A stretch of DNA of 62,850 bases, filler included, from Octopus bimaculoides (taxonomy: Eukaryota): NCBI RefSeq assembly GCF_001194135.2. It is 3 parts of 3 records of this genome, joined end to end, with 100 filler letters (N's around TTAATTAATTAA, not from the genome) between each part and the next. Parts side by side here need not be neighbours in the genome. Positions count along the whole stretch, not along the records: positions 1 to 23,979 come from NC_069005.1; 2 more parts are not named here. One strand, given 5' to 3'. A program made the translations under genes and the position numbers. The notes beneath the pieces were generated by a model, which searched no databases, was not told where the DNA came from, and saw only the letters and a program-made list of their open reading frames with translations. Shown piece after piece: positions 1 through 11,882 of this stretch (within the stretch, counting starts at the first letter, position 1; each line of letters opens with the position of its first letter).

Positions 1-117
1 TATATATATATATATATATATGATGTTGGTGCATGTTGCAGTCCGACTTGTCTAGCCCTGTCAAACAGTCCAACCCATGCCAACATGGAACCCATTTGTT
101 AAATGATGATTATATAT

Positions 118-266
118 AGCAACGGTCTTTCAGTTTTCATTTACCAAATTCATTCACAAAGCATTGGTCAGCTGTCATATAAGATGCTTTCTGAGCATGT
201 TACTCAGTGAGACTGAGCCCAAAACCATGTATTTGTGAAGTGAACTTCATTGTCACACAGACATGC
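118..266 (-). mobile_element. SINE family A, decayed head fragment
   Basis: Diverged match to the CTTTCAGTTTC..CTACCAAATCCACTCACAAGGC segment and head of the other A copies. Confidence 0.6.
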
Positions 267-339
267 TTTCATTTATTACACGCGTATATGTATACACATC
301 TTTTTACACTAAGCCTGCAATGTAAACAGGCATTGTAAA

Positions 340-500
340 TATTACCTGACTTGGAAACAGGTGAGGGTTGGCTACAGTAAAAGCATCCAACTGTAGAAAA
401 TCCACCACACTAAACTCTGTCCAACCCATGCAAATATAAGAAAGTGCCCATTAAAACGATGGTGATGATGATAATGATTATGATGATGACGGTGGTGGTG
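340..500 (+). mobile_element. Short RTE-tail-type element; related copies at about 30-110, 3700-3780, 4640-4745, 25345-25465, 39412-39460 (-) and 40105-40255
   Basis: Shared GAGGGTTGGC..AAG(G)CATCC..GTAGAAAA..CCAACCCATGC..GTTAAA(C)GATGATGA. Confidence 0.65.
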
Positions 501-1043
501 ATGATGATGATTCGTGTAAATAAGGAACATCTTAGGAACTTATAAAATAAGAGTTAAATTTTTCCCTTTTCAAGGATTTTGTTTTCTTCATATTCGTCCT
601 TTATGTTCAATTTGCGACAATGGCATTTCCCAAACCCATTAACATTTCAAGACCTTTACAATCCCCATTATCAGAATAAAGAGACAGTAACACTGGCTTG
701 TTGATCACACACTTTGCAGTAAGGCCACAAAGGATTATACGAACACTGTTATAATAATTTAGAAAATGCTGGATTTTAAAATTATACAATATTATGTCCT
801 AGTGGATTTCGTGATTTATTGTACTTGTGATGTATCTGTTGGATTTTGGTTTGTATTTTGCTTCTAGTAATGTTTCCATAGTTATTCAATTACTTGTGTA
901 TTTTTTTTTGTGTAATTTGTAATTATATATAAAAATGCAGTGATAGGTGATGTCAGCTTGTATTGTTCTGTCTCCAGTATTATTTTGTGTATTGTATTAT
1001 ACCTTGCATGTGTGTGTATATATATTTATATATATATATATAT

Positions 1044-1378
1044 ACTCTTTACTCTCTTTTACTTGTTTCAGTCATTTGACTGTGGCCATGCTGGAGCACC
1101 GCCTTTAGTCGAGCAAATCGACCCCAGGACTTATTATTTGGAAGCCTAGTACTTATTCTATCGGTCTCTTTTGCCAAACCGCTAAGTTATGGGGACGTAA
1201 ACACACAAGCATCAGTTGTCAAGCGATGTTGGGGGGACAAACAGACACACAAACATAAACACACACACACATATATATATATACATATATATGATGGGCT
1301 TCTTTCAGTTTTCGTCTACCAAATCCACTCACAAGGCTTTGGTCGGCCACAGGCTATAGTAGAAGACACTCGCCCAAG
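1044..1378 (-). mobile_element. SINE family A, 5'-truncated
   Basis: Near-identical to 7992-8388 and 35313-35713, with internal (CA)n(TA)n linker; lacks the tRNA head. Confidence 0.9.
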
Positions 1379-2030
1379 CAAAATACCCTCCAGCCTTCAT
1401 CAGGTGTCTCGGGGAAATTTTGAACCTGGGTTCTCATTCCTAAGGTATTTTTCGATGTTATTATTATTCAGGTCACTGCCTGGAATCAAATGTGTATGCA
1501 GAGTGTCCATAAATTACCGTTACAATTTGAGAAAAATGAAAAATAAAGGATAACTCAACAGAGTTTATTGGAAAGCAATCTTTTATTAGAAACTTCCATA
1601 TGGGCTCTGTCAGTTGCACACAACACATTTAAATGATACAATAAATTGTGCGAGTTGTAATGATAATGTATGAACGCCCTGTATACATACACCCACACAC
1701 ATATATCCAGTTCAGTTTCTTCTTTGCTCACAAACACATTGGGCAGCAAGTCGACACCTGGTTTTCTCTACATCCAGCCTTGCGGTGTTGGTCTCTCTCA
1801 TGTCAATTATGAATGTTCTGTATCATGTGGTCTTTGGTCTTCCTCTCTTTCTTTTCCCCTCCGGTGCTGTCCATTTGAAAGCTATTTAGAATTGCATTAA
1901 TCTGGTAGCTGGAATAAGTCACCTGTTAGTTTTGATTCTTTGTTCTGCAATGATTTTGCTAAGTGGTCTTGTGTCAACTCTCTTTACACCCCCCNNNNNN
2001 NNNNNNNNNNNNNNNNNNNNNNNNNNNNNN

Positions 2031-2031
2031 N

Positions 2032-2082
<51 letters not shown>

Positions 2083-2240
2083 TATACAACTGGCTTCTTT
2101 CAGTTTCCATCTATCAGATCCACTCACAAGGCTTTGGTCAGCCCGAGGCTATAGTAGAAGACATTTGCCCAAGGTGCCATGCAGTGGGATTGAACCCGGG
2201 ACCATGTGGTTGGTAAGCAAGCTGCTTACCACACAGCCAT
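2031..2240 (-). mobile_element. SINE family A, head half
   Basis: Head with A/B-box-like motifs on the minus strand; begins at a TA run beside an N gap. Confidence 0.85.
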
Positions 2241-2529
2241 TTCTGCACCTATGTATATGTTCATTTGGTTTGTCTTTTTTGCATGTCTGTTTTTTTCTTT
2301 TTCATATGTTAGTGTAGTGGTTTATTATCCATCTGTCCTTATGTGCCTGGACTAATGCCCTTTAATTCAAATGTTTATGGAAAATTACTTCCCAAAAAAT
2401 GGTGAGGACTTATATAAAGGAATTACATTAGATTGGACCTTGGAACACCATTTGTCATGTTTCTGCTTACTGATAACACAATGCCCAACTCATATTCTAA
2501 TCTCAACAAAGATTTTTACAGGAATATGT

Positions 2530-2700
2530 TTAACCCTTTAGCATTTAAACTAGCCGTATGCGGTCTAAATATTCTACCTGTTTTATGTTCAAACTGGCCA
2601 AATCTGGCCTCTTAAACCAATTCTGTGATAATCATTCTAAAAATAAACAGTTGCATCATCAAAATCTCAGTTATGAAGTTGTGCAAGATAAAGTTATTTA
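2530..2700. mobile_element. TTAA-type (piggyBac-like) MITE, partial
   Basis: Starts TTAACCCTTTAGCATTTAAAC; reverse-orientation homolog of 3895-4115. Confidence 0.65.
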
Positions 2701-3052
2701 TGCCTAAATATCACTGTAAATGCTGTGAAATTTTTGGCAACACATGGTATTTTTCGATGTTTGAAGTGGAGATTGATTTGTTTTGGAATTACTGATATGG
2801 TTTCAGCAAATAGCAATTTCTAACTTGGAAGGATTTACACTTGAAGACTTAGAAAATGGAGAGAGAAAAAAATTAACAGTGACTTGTCTTTGGATAAATC
2901 AAATATAGATGTGTCTGAATTTCCATCTTTCAAGGAAGACGATTTTAATAGTGAAAGTGATAAAGATCTTCAGGTTGCAACACAAATAAAATATTACAGT
3001 GAGATGGTTGAATAATAAAACACCAATGCATATTCCTGATATTACTGAAAAT

Positions 3053-3230
3053 ATGATGGGGTGCTGAAAAGTTCCTGGCTTTGGGTAAAAGAAAACAGAT
3101 TTTATTCAACAGATTCCCCTCTCAGATTCACACTCTTATTGCAGCTGTCCTTCAGTTTTTCTAAGCCCTGTAAAAGAACTAGGAAGGTTGGGCCACCAAC
3201 CAGGCCTTTTGTGACACCCTTAAAACCATG

Positions 3231-3235
<5 letters not shown>
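3053..3235 (-). mobile_element. mariner 3'-end fragment
   Basis: Minus strand reads GLEKLKDSCNKSVNLRGESVE*, a mariner C-terminal ..KCV.L.GEYVE* type motif, next to a GGGGTGCTGAAAAGTTCC terminus-like sequence. Confidence 0.65.
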
Positions 3236-3263
<28 letters not shown>

Positions 3264-3404
3264 ATATAAAAATGTATTAAACGAAAATATTTATATATTT
3301 GAGTTTATTGATGTCCATGATTAACATCTAGACAATTACAAAGTACTCTAGTTAGAAAATGAAGTAAAGTTAGCTTAGCTTGATACATTAGAATTTCAAT
3401 GTGT

Positions 3405-3575
3405 AAGGTTCAAAAGTCACTTCACATTCACGTGGTTTCAGGTTTAGTCCCACTGTGTGGCACCTTCTTTGGGCATGTGTTTTCTACTATAGCCTTGAGT
3501 TGACCAATGCCTTGTGAGTGAATTCAGTAGGAAGAAACTGTACAGAAATTATGTGTGTGTGTGTGCTTGAATATG
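3405..3575 (+). mobile_element. SINE family A, decayed head
   Basis: GGTTTCAGGTTTAGTCCCACTGTGTGGCACC...CTACTATAGCC...GCCTTGTGAGTG. Confidence 0.75.
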
Positions 3576-3894
3576 TTAACACTTTGTGTTTCACATGAAC
3601 AAGCTATGGATTGTGATTGTTGTTGACATTTACCCTGTCAACAAACATTCAGTAGCTCTACACTTTCAAAGACGAGTGGAATGGGAACGCTTACTCAAAA
3701 TACAGATAAGGGTTGGCAATAACCCCTCTATAAAATATAATCATCCGACCCATGCTATCATGGAAAAACAGACATAAAACAAAATTTTATTGTCTTCACT
3801 ATGCCATTAGCTACATTTTGCATCACACCATTTGGGAACCCCTGGCGTTAAAGGCTCACAATATCGGTGCTGCTTCAAATAAAAATCTTTCCTC

Positions 3895-4115
3895 TAACTC
3901 TTTAGCATTCAGGTTGCTCTGTCAAATGTAACGTTTATTTATTCACATTGTTTTGAATTAATCATGCATTATCTGATAGCTTTGAGATTTCAATGATGTG
4001 ATTTCAATTATTTTTAGAATGACATTATAGGGTAGGTATAAGAAGCCAGATCTGGTTGATAAAACAAATAGACTATTTTGGCCACATATGGTCAGTTTAA
4101 ATGCTAAAGGGATAA
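3895..4115. mobile_element. TTAA-type (piggyBac-like) MITE, full length
   Basis: Terminal inverted repeats TAACTCTTTAGCATT / AATGCTAAAGGGATAA; homologs at 2530 and 9725. Confidence 0.7.
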
Positions 4116-4756
4116 ATATTTAATATTTCTCAGACCACACCTTCAAAACCTGACATTTGTGCCCCCCCCTCTCCCCTATTGATTAAATAGTGTTCTTTTT
4201 TTACCTAAAATAGTCTCTTTTATTTTTTCACTTCTAATTATTGAGTATTTATTTTGTTTGGTTTAAACTGATTTGTTTGTATTCCTGAGTGTTTGATTAT
4301 TTTAATTTGTTGGCCTTTGGTAATTATTGCTAATCAGACTCTGAATGGTCGTTAGCTACTAATGAAAATACATTATTTTCGTTACATTGTCCTCTTTAGA
4401 AACTGGAATATTTCCTCTTATATTATTATTAAAAAGCAAGTAATATAATGTAGAAATGCCTGTGTGTGTGTGTGTGTGTGCATATGCGCACATGCATGTC
4501 TGCTTCATGTGAGAAGTGTTACCAGCAAATGGTGATGTTTGTTAACATACTATGTTAACAGATTTTGCAAATCATCTGTTGACACTGCACCTTTGAAGAT
4601 GTGTAGAATAAAAAAAAATGCAAATCCTCTGCTTGAAAAACCGGTAAGGGTTAGTGACAGGAAGAGCATCTGGCTGTAAAACAATATCTCAGTAATATGT
4701 ACTCATCCAACGCATGCATGTATGGAAAAAAAACAAATGATACTATTTATGATGAT

Positions 4757-4845
4757 CTTTACGTTCTGAGTTCAAATTCTACCACGGTTGACTTTGCTTT
4801 TCATCCTTTCGGGATCGATAAATTAAGTACCAGTTGCGTGTACTT
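4757..4845 (+). mobile_element. SINE family B fragment
   Basis: ACGTTCTGAGTTCAAATTC...GACTTTGCTTTTCATCCTTTCGGGATCGATAAATTAAGTACCAG. Confidence 0.75.
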
Positions 4846-5956
4846 AATTAAGTACCGGGCTGTGTACTTAGAGTAGAAAAGATTACTTATGATGATCATC
4901 CTGATTTATGATCCTATTTATGATGGTCATCGCAGATTAGAAGTGAACTTTGTTGAGTATTGGAATTTGTGCTGCGACAAGAAGCAGTGAGATGGATGCA
5001 TGAAGATATACGTATGCACACACACACACACGTTTTCAAAGATTCTGGATATATACTTCGAATATTGAATACTGGACTTTGCGTATAAATGTGATCATTC
5101 TCTATCGAACATCTGATGATCGATGACAATCCACTGATACAAAACACACACGACCACACACTTATATACACGCATGATATTTTAAAGACTTTTGTGTCCT
5201 GCTTTTTTTATATTTATGGTAGAGGGTTGAGTACATTACAAGATGTGAACTGGATCTCGTAAGAGCCATCAATCCATTAACGAGCAAAACAGATCGTGTG
5301 CCTGCACCCCAGCTCCCCCCAAATAGTTACTATGGTTCTATAGAGCAATGCAGTCGCAGATATTTACAGTAAAACAACAGATGTTATGATAATAGGACAG
5401 GGAGCAGGTATATTGACAAATAATGAGTGAGATCAGACCTGAGAGTGCATTAAATTGACAAATGAAAGCCAAGGTGAGCTGGAAATCAGAGTAATAATAA
5501 ATCAACAATTAGAAGTTCTTTTGCTTTTTGCTTTTTTTTTTGTTTTACTTGCGAGTATTGACTACAGTAAAAACCCTCTCCCTCCCTCTCAATCTCTGAC
5601 GTGTGTATTGTTTATTTTTATGTAGAAACAATTTAACCTTAAACTGAAGAACTATTCAATACTTTTTTTTGTAAGTATATTTATTATACTTCTACAAGAA
5701 GACGGGTGACAGTAACTTCGAAGTTTTGACCTGTTAGCCTTCTAATGAAAGCAAGTAGACTGAAACTTTGCAGTCATTGTTACTCTTCTTCTTCTCAAAC
5801 TATAATACACGTATATTTAAAAGTATTATATTGAAATAATTGTTCTAAAGCTAGCTTAAAATAACAAGAGGATATTTGCTAAATGGGGACTCAATACTGA
5901 GAATCAAGTTGAATCTATTTTATAGTCAACTAACAGCTTATTCAACCATTAAGCTG

Positions 5957-6135
5957 TTTGTCCCCCCACCATCGCTTGGCAACAGATTTTGGTATGTTTA
6001 CGTTCCATTAACATAGTAATTTGGCAAAAGGGACCAAGAGAATAAGTACTAGGCTTACAAAGAGTAAGTCCTGGGTTCGATTTGTTCAACTACAAAAACC
6101 ACAATCATGTGACTGAAACAAGTAAAAGAATAAAG
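5957..6135 (+). mobile_element. SINE family A, tail half
   Basis: TTTGTCCCCCCACCATCGCTTG...AATAAGTACTAGGCTTACAAAG...GACTGAAACAAGTAAAAGA. Confidence 0.8.
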
Positions 6136-6149
6136 CTATATATATATTT

Positions 6150-6232
6150 AGACAGATTTCTTTGAATTTCTGTCTATCAAATCCTCTCACGAGGCTTTGG
6201 TAGGCCTGGGGCTATAGTAGAAGACATTTGTT
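6150..6232 (-). mobile_element. SINE family A, middle fragment
   Basis: CTCACGAGGCTTTGGTAGGCCTGGGGCTATAGTAGAAGACATTTG. Confidence 0.7.
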
Positions 6233-7122
6233 TAAGAAGTTCTGCTTTTATATATGTAAACAGTACTCTAATGGAGGATGAATTTTCACTTTGTAATAGT
6301 TTAGTTGCCAGTCTGTACAAATACATATTTCTGACCCTGAAAATGGGTCAGCATAACTTCTGTGGAGCAAGCCACCATCAAAGGTAATTGTAATTTATAA
6401 GACTTAATTAATTCTTGTTGGAAATATGATTGAGTTTTAGCTGCATCACATAATGCAGTCGTAGCTTTGATATCTCGAGATTTATAATGTTTGTATTTTA
6501 GCACTGTGGGAAGTGAATAAACTGTTAATGCTTTATTACCTGGTGTTTTCAAGGCCTTTTGTTTGTATGCTAAGTATATCTGGTTGCAGATTAAAAATTG
6601 TGCTTATATGTATGCAGTGGTGGTGGTGGTGGTAGGGTGGGATAAGAGGCTTATCAGTTTGCATGGAAGGTGGGCGGGTATTGATTGTTTGTCAGTCTGA
6701 ATGTGGATCCGATGAAATGAATACCAAGGACAAATCTAGAATCAATCACCTACAGTGATAGCTTTATTGGTATGGAGCATGAGGCTTCAGGAGAAAGCAG
6801 GTGGATGGTGGATGGGAGGGAGGGAGGGAAGGAGGTGTGAATGATTGGGGACAGGAAAAAACAGCAGAAGAAATTTTATGAAAGAAAAGCTATATAATTG
6901 AAAAAAAAGTACTGATACAAGAGAAAAAAAAAGCTTATAAGTGAAGCAACTGGTGTGACTAAGTACATGAGTTCATTAATTTTGTGTGTGTGTGTGTGTG
7001 TGTGGTTGGAAATACCTGTGTTATTTACCTGAGAGGATCTCTCAAGAACATGCGGTGCATAAAAGCCCATGTAATTATATTGTTGACAGATGAGAATCAT
7101 CTGCTATGGCCACTGGAACTGC

Positions 7123-7377
7123 CAGATCACGTGATTTCACCCTGCTGTGGGTTCCTCAGTGACAGATGTCCAGCAGTGTGGTAACAACTGAATCTCCTGT
7201 CCATGATATGTAGAATCCAAGTGTCTATTCAGATCACGTGATTTCACCCTGCTGTGGGTTCCTCAGTGACAGATGTCCAGCAGTGTGGTAACAACTGAAT
7301 CTCCTGTCCATGATATGTAAAATCCAAGTGTCTATTCAGATAATGTGATTTCACCCTGCTATATGGGTTCCTCAGAA
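7123..7377. repeat. 107-bp tandem repeat, about 2.4 copies
   Basis: Units start at 7123, 7230 and 7337; units 1 and 2 differ at one base. Confidence 0.95.
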
Positions 7378-7529
7378 ATATTCGATAAAATTTTTACAAG
7401 CTTGTCAAACTGAAAAGTGAAAAGTTAAAAAAGTAATTGCTATATGTGACACACACACACAAAAAAAAAAACAGTCTTTTTTTTTTTAAATGCTCAGTAA
7501 AATAAATTAGGTTTTTAAAATTGTCATGT

Positions 7530-7761
7530 TTAACTCTTTTGTCTGCACATTTCAGTTGAAATACATTGACTTTGTTTCAATTGATTTCAAAAACAATGAA
7601 GAATTTAATAAAAACAACTTTGTCATTATTAAGCTGGTGTTTGGAAGAAATTAATGTGAAGTTTTGATGGAAGGTTTTAATTTACACCACTTTTGTATTG
7701 TGGAACCAGGGTGTGGATGGGTTGGTGGGTGTCTCAGGCATGTCGGTGTCAGAAGGGTTAA
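7530..7761. mobile_element. Second TTAA-type MITE
   Basis: TTAACTCTTTTG...CAGAAGGGTTAA: TTAA at both ends with inverted CCCTT-like termini. Confidence 0.55.
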
Positions 7762-7991
7762 ATATTTAAATTAAAACCTAGCTTTACATTTGGAAGATTC
7801 ATAAAGCCTGACAATTTATTGCCATAGATTAAATGGCTGAGAGATTAACTTCATAAACCATTTTATGATAGTTTTTCATTCGACAGCATTGATTATATCT
7901 GAAGCACTGATCAGGCACTTTCCACAATGTTGATTACTGAAAGTACATGTTGACGGCATTCATCATTAAAGTTCAAAAATCACTGCCAGAT

Positions 7992-8183
7992 CTCTTTTAC
8001 TTGTTTTAGTCATTTGATTGTGGCCGTGCTGGAGCACCGCCTTTAGTCAAGCAAATCGACCCAAGGACTTATTCTTTGTAAGCCTAGTACTTATTCTATT
8101 GGTCTCTTTTGCCGAACCGCTAAGTTACGGGGACGTAAACACACCAGCATCAGTTGTCAAGCGATGTTGGGGGGGACACACAA

Positions 8184-8214
<31 letters not shown>

Positions 8215-8388
8215 TACACATATATACGATGGGCTTCTTTCAGTTTCTGTCTACCAAATCCACTCACAAGGCTTTGGTCGGCCCGAGGCTATAGTAGAAG
8301 ACACTTGCCCAAGGTGCCACACAGTGGGACTGAACTCGGAACCATGTGGTTCGTAAGCAAGCTACTTACCACACTGCCACACCTACGC
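7992..8388 (-). mobile_element. SINE family A, full length
   Basis: Complete head, CA linker and tail; matches 35313-35713 and, reverse-complemented, 56114-56530. Confidence 0.93.
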
Positions 8389-8664
8389 CTACCACACAGC
8401 CACTCTGTTTAGGATGCCATTTTTTAAAAATAGAACAGATGTACTTGGTAAGGGTAGTAAAAGTGCAGATATTCAATATTTTATATAGCAATTGTAATAA
8501 ACCAGACTAAATTCAAAACATAATAAGTTTGCATATTATACGTGAAAGATTTTTTTTCCTGAGATTTCATTATCAATAATTAAGGGTGAACATTATTATA
8601 CTCAAGTGTGTATTATATATGAGCATACTTCTTTTGTTATATAAATCTGTTCCTGCTACACGGG

Positions 8665-8862
8665 AACATTGATGCCCATGGCAAGCTTGATGCCGTTACA
8701 TTCTGAGTTCAAATTCCGCAGAGGTCACCTTTGCCTTTCATCCTTTCGGGGTCGATTAAATAAGTACCAGTTACGCACTGGGGTCAATATAATTGACTTA
8801 TCCCTTTGTCAGTCTTTGTTTGTCCCCTCTATGTTTAGCCTCTTGCGGGCAATAAAGAAATA
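8665..8862 (+). mobile_element. SINE family B
   Basis: Reverse-complement homolog of 58945-59162. Confidence 0.85.
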
Positions 8863-9304
8863 AAAAATATTAGTGTGCATGTGTGTGTAATCAGCAATGG
8901 TGTAGAGCAGCCTTAGAGAATGATGTACTCTGATGTACTTGCTGACATACATATGTATTTTTAATTAAAAATTTTGAATTGCTATATATCCACATCTATC
9001 AACTGGGGGTTTTTCCCCCCTAAACAAATACATTATTATTCCATAATGAATGAATTTCAATCAATTGTGTCAATGTAATAGTGGAATGCATAACAAGTAA
9101 GCACAGACACAACTATTGTTTTGTAATCTAGTCTCTTATTTGCAATGGGCCTCAGTAGTGGTGGTGGTGGTGGTGGTGGTGGTGGAGGAGGAAGAGTAGG
9201 AGGAGGACTCTCCTGTTGTGAACAGCAGATGAGGATTCCACAACCTTTTGCTGAACAACCTGCACAGATGATTTGTTTATTGTGGTGGCTGTGTCTGGTA
9301 AGGT

Positions 9305-9601
9305 GGAGGGCGTGTGGCTTAGTGGTTAGGGTGCTGGACTCACGATTGTAAGATTGTGGTTTCGATCCCTGGACCGGGCGATGCATTGTGTTCTTGAGCA
9401 AAACACTTCACTTCATGTTGCTCCAGTCCACTCAGCTGTAGAAATGGGCACCACTAGTGGAAGTGCATGGCTTAGTGGTTAGGGTGTTGGACTTACGATT
9501 ATGAAATTATAGTTTCGATCCCTGGACCCGACGATCCATTGTGTTCTTGAGCAAAACTCTTCATTTCACATTGTTCCAGTCCTCTCAGCTGTAGAAGTGA
9601 G
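9305..9601 (+). mobile_element. Two tandem ~150-bp SINE family D heads
   Basis: Each has TGGCTTAGTGGTTAGGG (A box), GGTTTCGATCCC/AGTTTCGATCCC (B box) and TTGTGTTCTTGAGCAAAAC...CTCAGCTGTAGAA. Units at about 9305-9447 and 9459-9601. Confidence 0.85.
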
Positions 9602-9724
9602 TTTAGCTTGGAGAGGGATGGGCTCCGCCAGGCTTTCTTACTCTAGATATGCTGTGTGGGGTTAAGGGATTTGCCAGTTGTCACTTGTGTGGTAAGAAAT
9701 TTGCTTTGCAACTACTTGGTTCCA

Positions 9725-9812
9725 GCTTCAGAGGCCAGATTTGGCTGGTTTGAACATAAGGCAGGTAGAATATATGAGTTGAATATGGCCGGTTTGAATG
9801 CTAAAGGATTAA
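9725..9812. mobile_element. TTAA-type MITE, one end
   Basis: Ends GGTTTGAATGCTAAAGGATTAA, like 3895-4115. Confidence 0.6.
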
Positions 9813-10382
9813 ATATTATTAGGAATTTACTTAAAGAAAACTTCTTATCTATCTGACCATGCCTGTGTCCCTGGTCTATAAAAGGCAACCTCTTCTTTTA
9901 AAGTGTTTTTAATTTAAAACATTTTATCATAATTTTATGTAAGTCTCCTTTGTCCTAATGTTTAGAATATTATTATTATTAACAGATCAACAAAGGATTT
10001 TGGAGTAAAAGGTTTTAATTTCAGTATGAACACTTTAAACTAGAGATTTTGTATGACAGAAGTCCACTACCCTTCTTGTAATTAAGCCATGAAATGCACA
10101 TATACTGTCGTTGATTCAGTCAATTATATTCCTCTTCCTGGCTTTATGATGGTCTCTTGGTGTCTAATTAAAACAAATATTATTCTAATAGCAGCTTCAG
10201 TTAATTTGATTTTATTATAATTAATGTTTCAAGTACTCGTACTAATTCCATTTGTGAAATTGGATTGCTGGCCAAAAGCAATTAAACTGTTACTCTAACT
10301 AAATATTACTTAAATATCTCTATTTCTGCATTCCCCCCCCCCGCCNNNNNNNNNNNNNNNTTTTTTTTTTTGCCTTTTATTA

Positions 10383-10490
10383 AAAGGCATGGATGTGTGG
10401 TAAGAAGTTTGTTTTCCAACCACATGGTTCTCGGTTCAGTCTCACTGTGTGGCATCTTGGGCAAGTGTCTTCTCTTATAGCCCTGGGCTG
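10383..10490 (+). mobile_element. SINE family A head
   Basis: AGGCATGGATGTGTGGTAAG...GGTTCTCGGTTCAGTCTCACTG...TTGGGCAAGTGTCTTCT. Confidence 0.8.
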
Positions 10491-10491
10491 A

Positions 10492-10785
10492 TATTGTTTT
10501 TACCTTTATGCTCCAAATCTTGAATATTTCTGTTTCGAAATCTTTGTATTTTGACAGTTTCTTCACTTCTTTTCAGGCAACATTTTGGTCAGAAGGGATT
10601 GCAATGTCCAACAGTAAGCAGGTGTTTCCTTCTCAGTCCTTTATTATCATACCTGGGCATTTCACTTAGATTTCTTTATTAGTTTGAAGAGGTATATACC
10701 AGATGATTGTGGCCCACTCATTTTCGTGTACCTTGTTTGGCATATGCTTATGCCATTTCTTGTTTCTTGTAATGTTGGCATCAGA
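10492..10785 (-). pseudogene. R4/Dong-clade LINE, restriction-like endonuclease fragment
   Basis: Minus strand reads KWHKHMPNKVHENEWATIIW...CLLLDIAIPSDQNVA*KEVKKLSKYKDFETEIFKIWSIKVKTI, matching the RLE D-x-x-x-P...EK..KY..L pattern. Confidence 0.75.
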
Positions 10786-10809
10786 GTTGTGAAGTCAAAA
10801 CAAAAATCT

Positions 10810-11035
10810 TTGACTCCAACTCTGACTCTGACTCCTGTACTATTGGCACCTCTGACTCCCACTCCTCTTTATGTAATCAAGTGATTGTGGTCTACGCATC
10901 TCATAAAGCATATGCATACGCTTGTACTTTGAGTAGGCCCCTAGGTTATAACTGGTTTATATTGAAGAACAAAGATATTGTGAGTTGGAATCAAAGTCAG
11001 TATAGTTTTACCAACTCCGACTCTGGCTACCCCTT
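10810..11035. mobile_element. Possible DNA-transposon remnant with (GACTCC/GACTCT)n subterminal motifs
   Basis: GACTCCAACTCTGACTCTGACTCC at about 10811 and ACTCCGACTCTGGCTACCC at about 11015. Confidence 0.3.
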
Positions 11036-11882
11036 AATTATTAAATATTTATGTGGAACACAATTTTAAAAAAATCTGTCTTACATCAGTTTTATTACGT
11101 AATCATAGAATGGTTTTGAAAATTTGGCCTATCTGTATGTGTAAATCATGGGAGCAAGTATTTATTTTTACAGCTGGGTTAGTCATAAGACAGAGGCAAG
11201 AGTGTTAATTTTCACTCAGACAATGAAATGGAGCAGTGAAAATATAAATGGTTGCCGCTTACACAGTTTGGTTGTGACATTAGCAGTAATGGGGAGTGGC
11301 GGAATTCTTGCATCATTTGTCATTTTTAATGAAAATATCTAAAATTTGCCATTTACAAGCAATGTTTTACACNNNNNNNNNNNNNNNNNNNNNNNNNNNN
11401 NNNNNNNNNNNNNNNNNNNNNNNNNNNNNNNNNNNNNNNNNNNNNNNNNNNNNNNNNNNNNNNNNNNNNNNNNNNNNNNNNNNNNNNNNNNNNNNNNNNN
11501 NNNNNNNNNNNNNNNNNNNNNNNNNNNNNNNNNNNNNNNNNNNNNNNNNNNNNNNNNNNNNNNNNNNNNNNNNNNNNNNNNNNNNNNNNNNNNNNNNNNN
11601 NNNNNNNNNNNNNNNNNNNNNNNNNNNNNNNNNNNNNNNNNNNNNNNNNNNNNNNNNNNNNNNNNNNNNNNNNNNNNNNNNNNNNNNNNNNNNNNNNNNN
11701 NNNNNNNNNNNNNNNNNNNNNNNNNNNNNNNNNNNNNNNNNNNNNNNNNNNNNNNNNNNNNNNNNNNNNNNNNNNNNNNNNNNNNNNNNNNNNNNNNNNN
11801 NNNNNNNNNNNNNNNNNNNNNNNNNNNNNNNNNNNNNNNNNNNNNNNNNNNNNNNNNNNNNNNNNNNNNNNNNNNNNNNNNN

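Noticed and set aside
7123-7377. Possible CRISPR-like array
   Set aside because: Contiguous tandem units with no unique spacers, in eukaryotic context.
9057-9401. 114-aa ORF with a poly-Pro run
   Set aside because: Formed by a (GGT)n repeat plus an antisense SINE D head.
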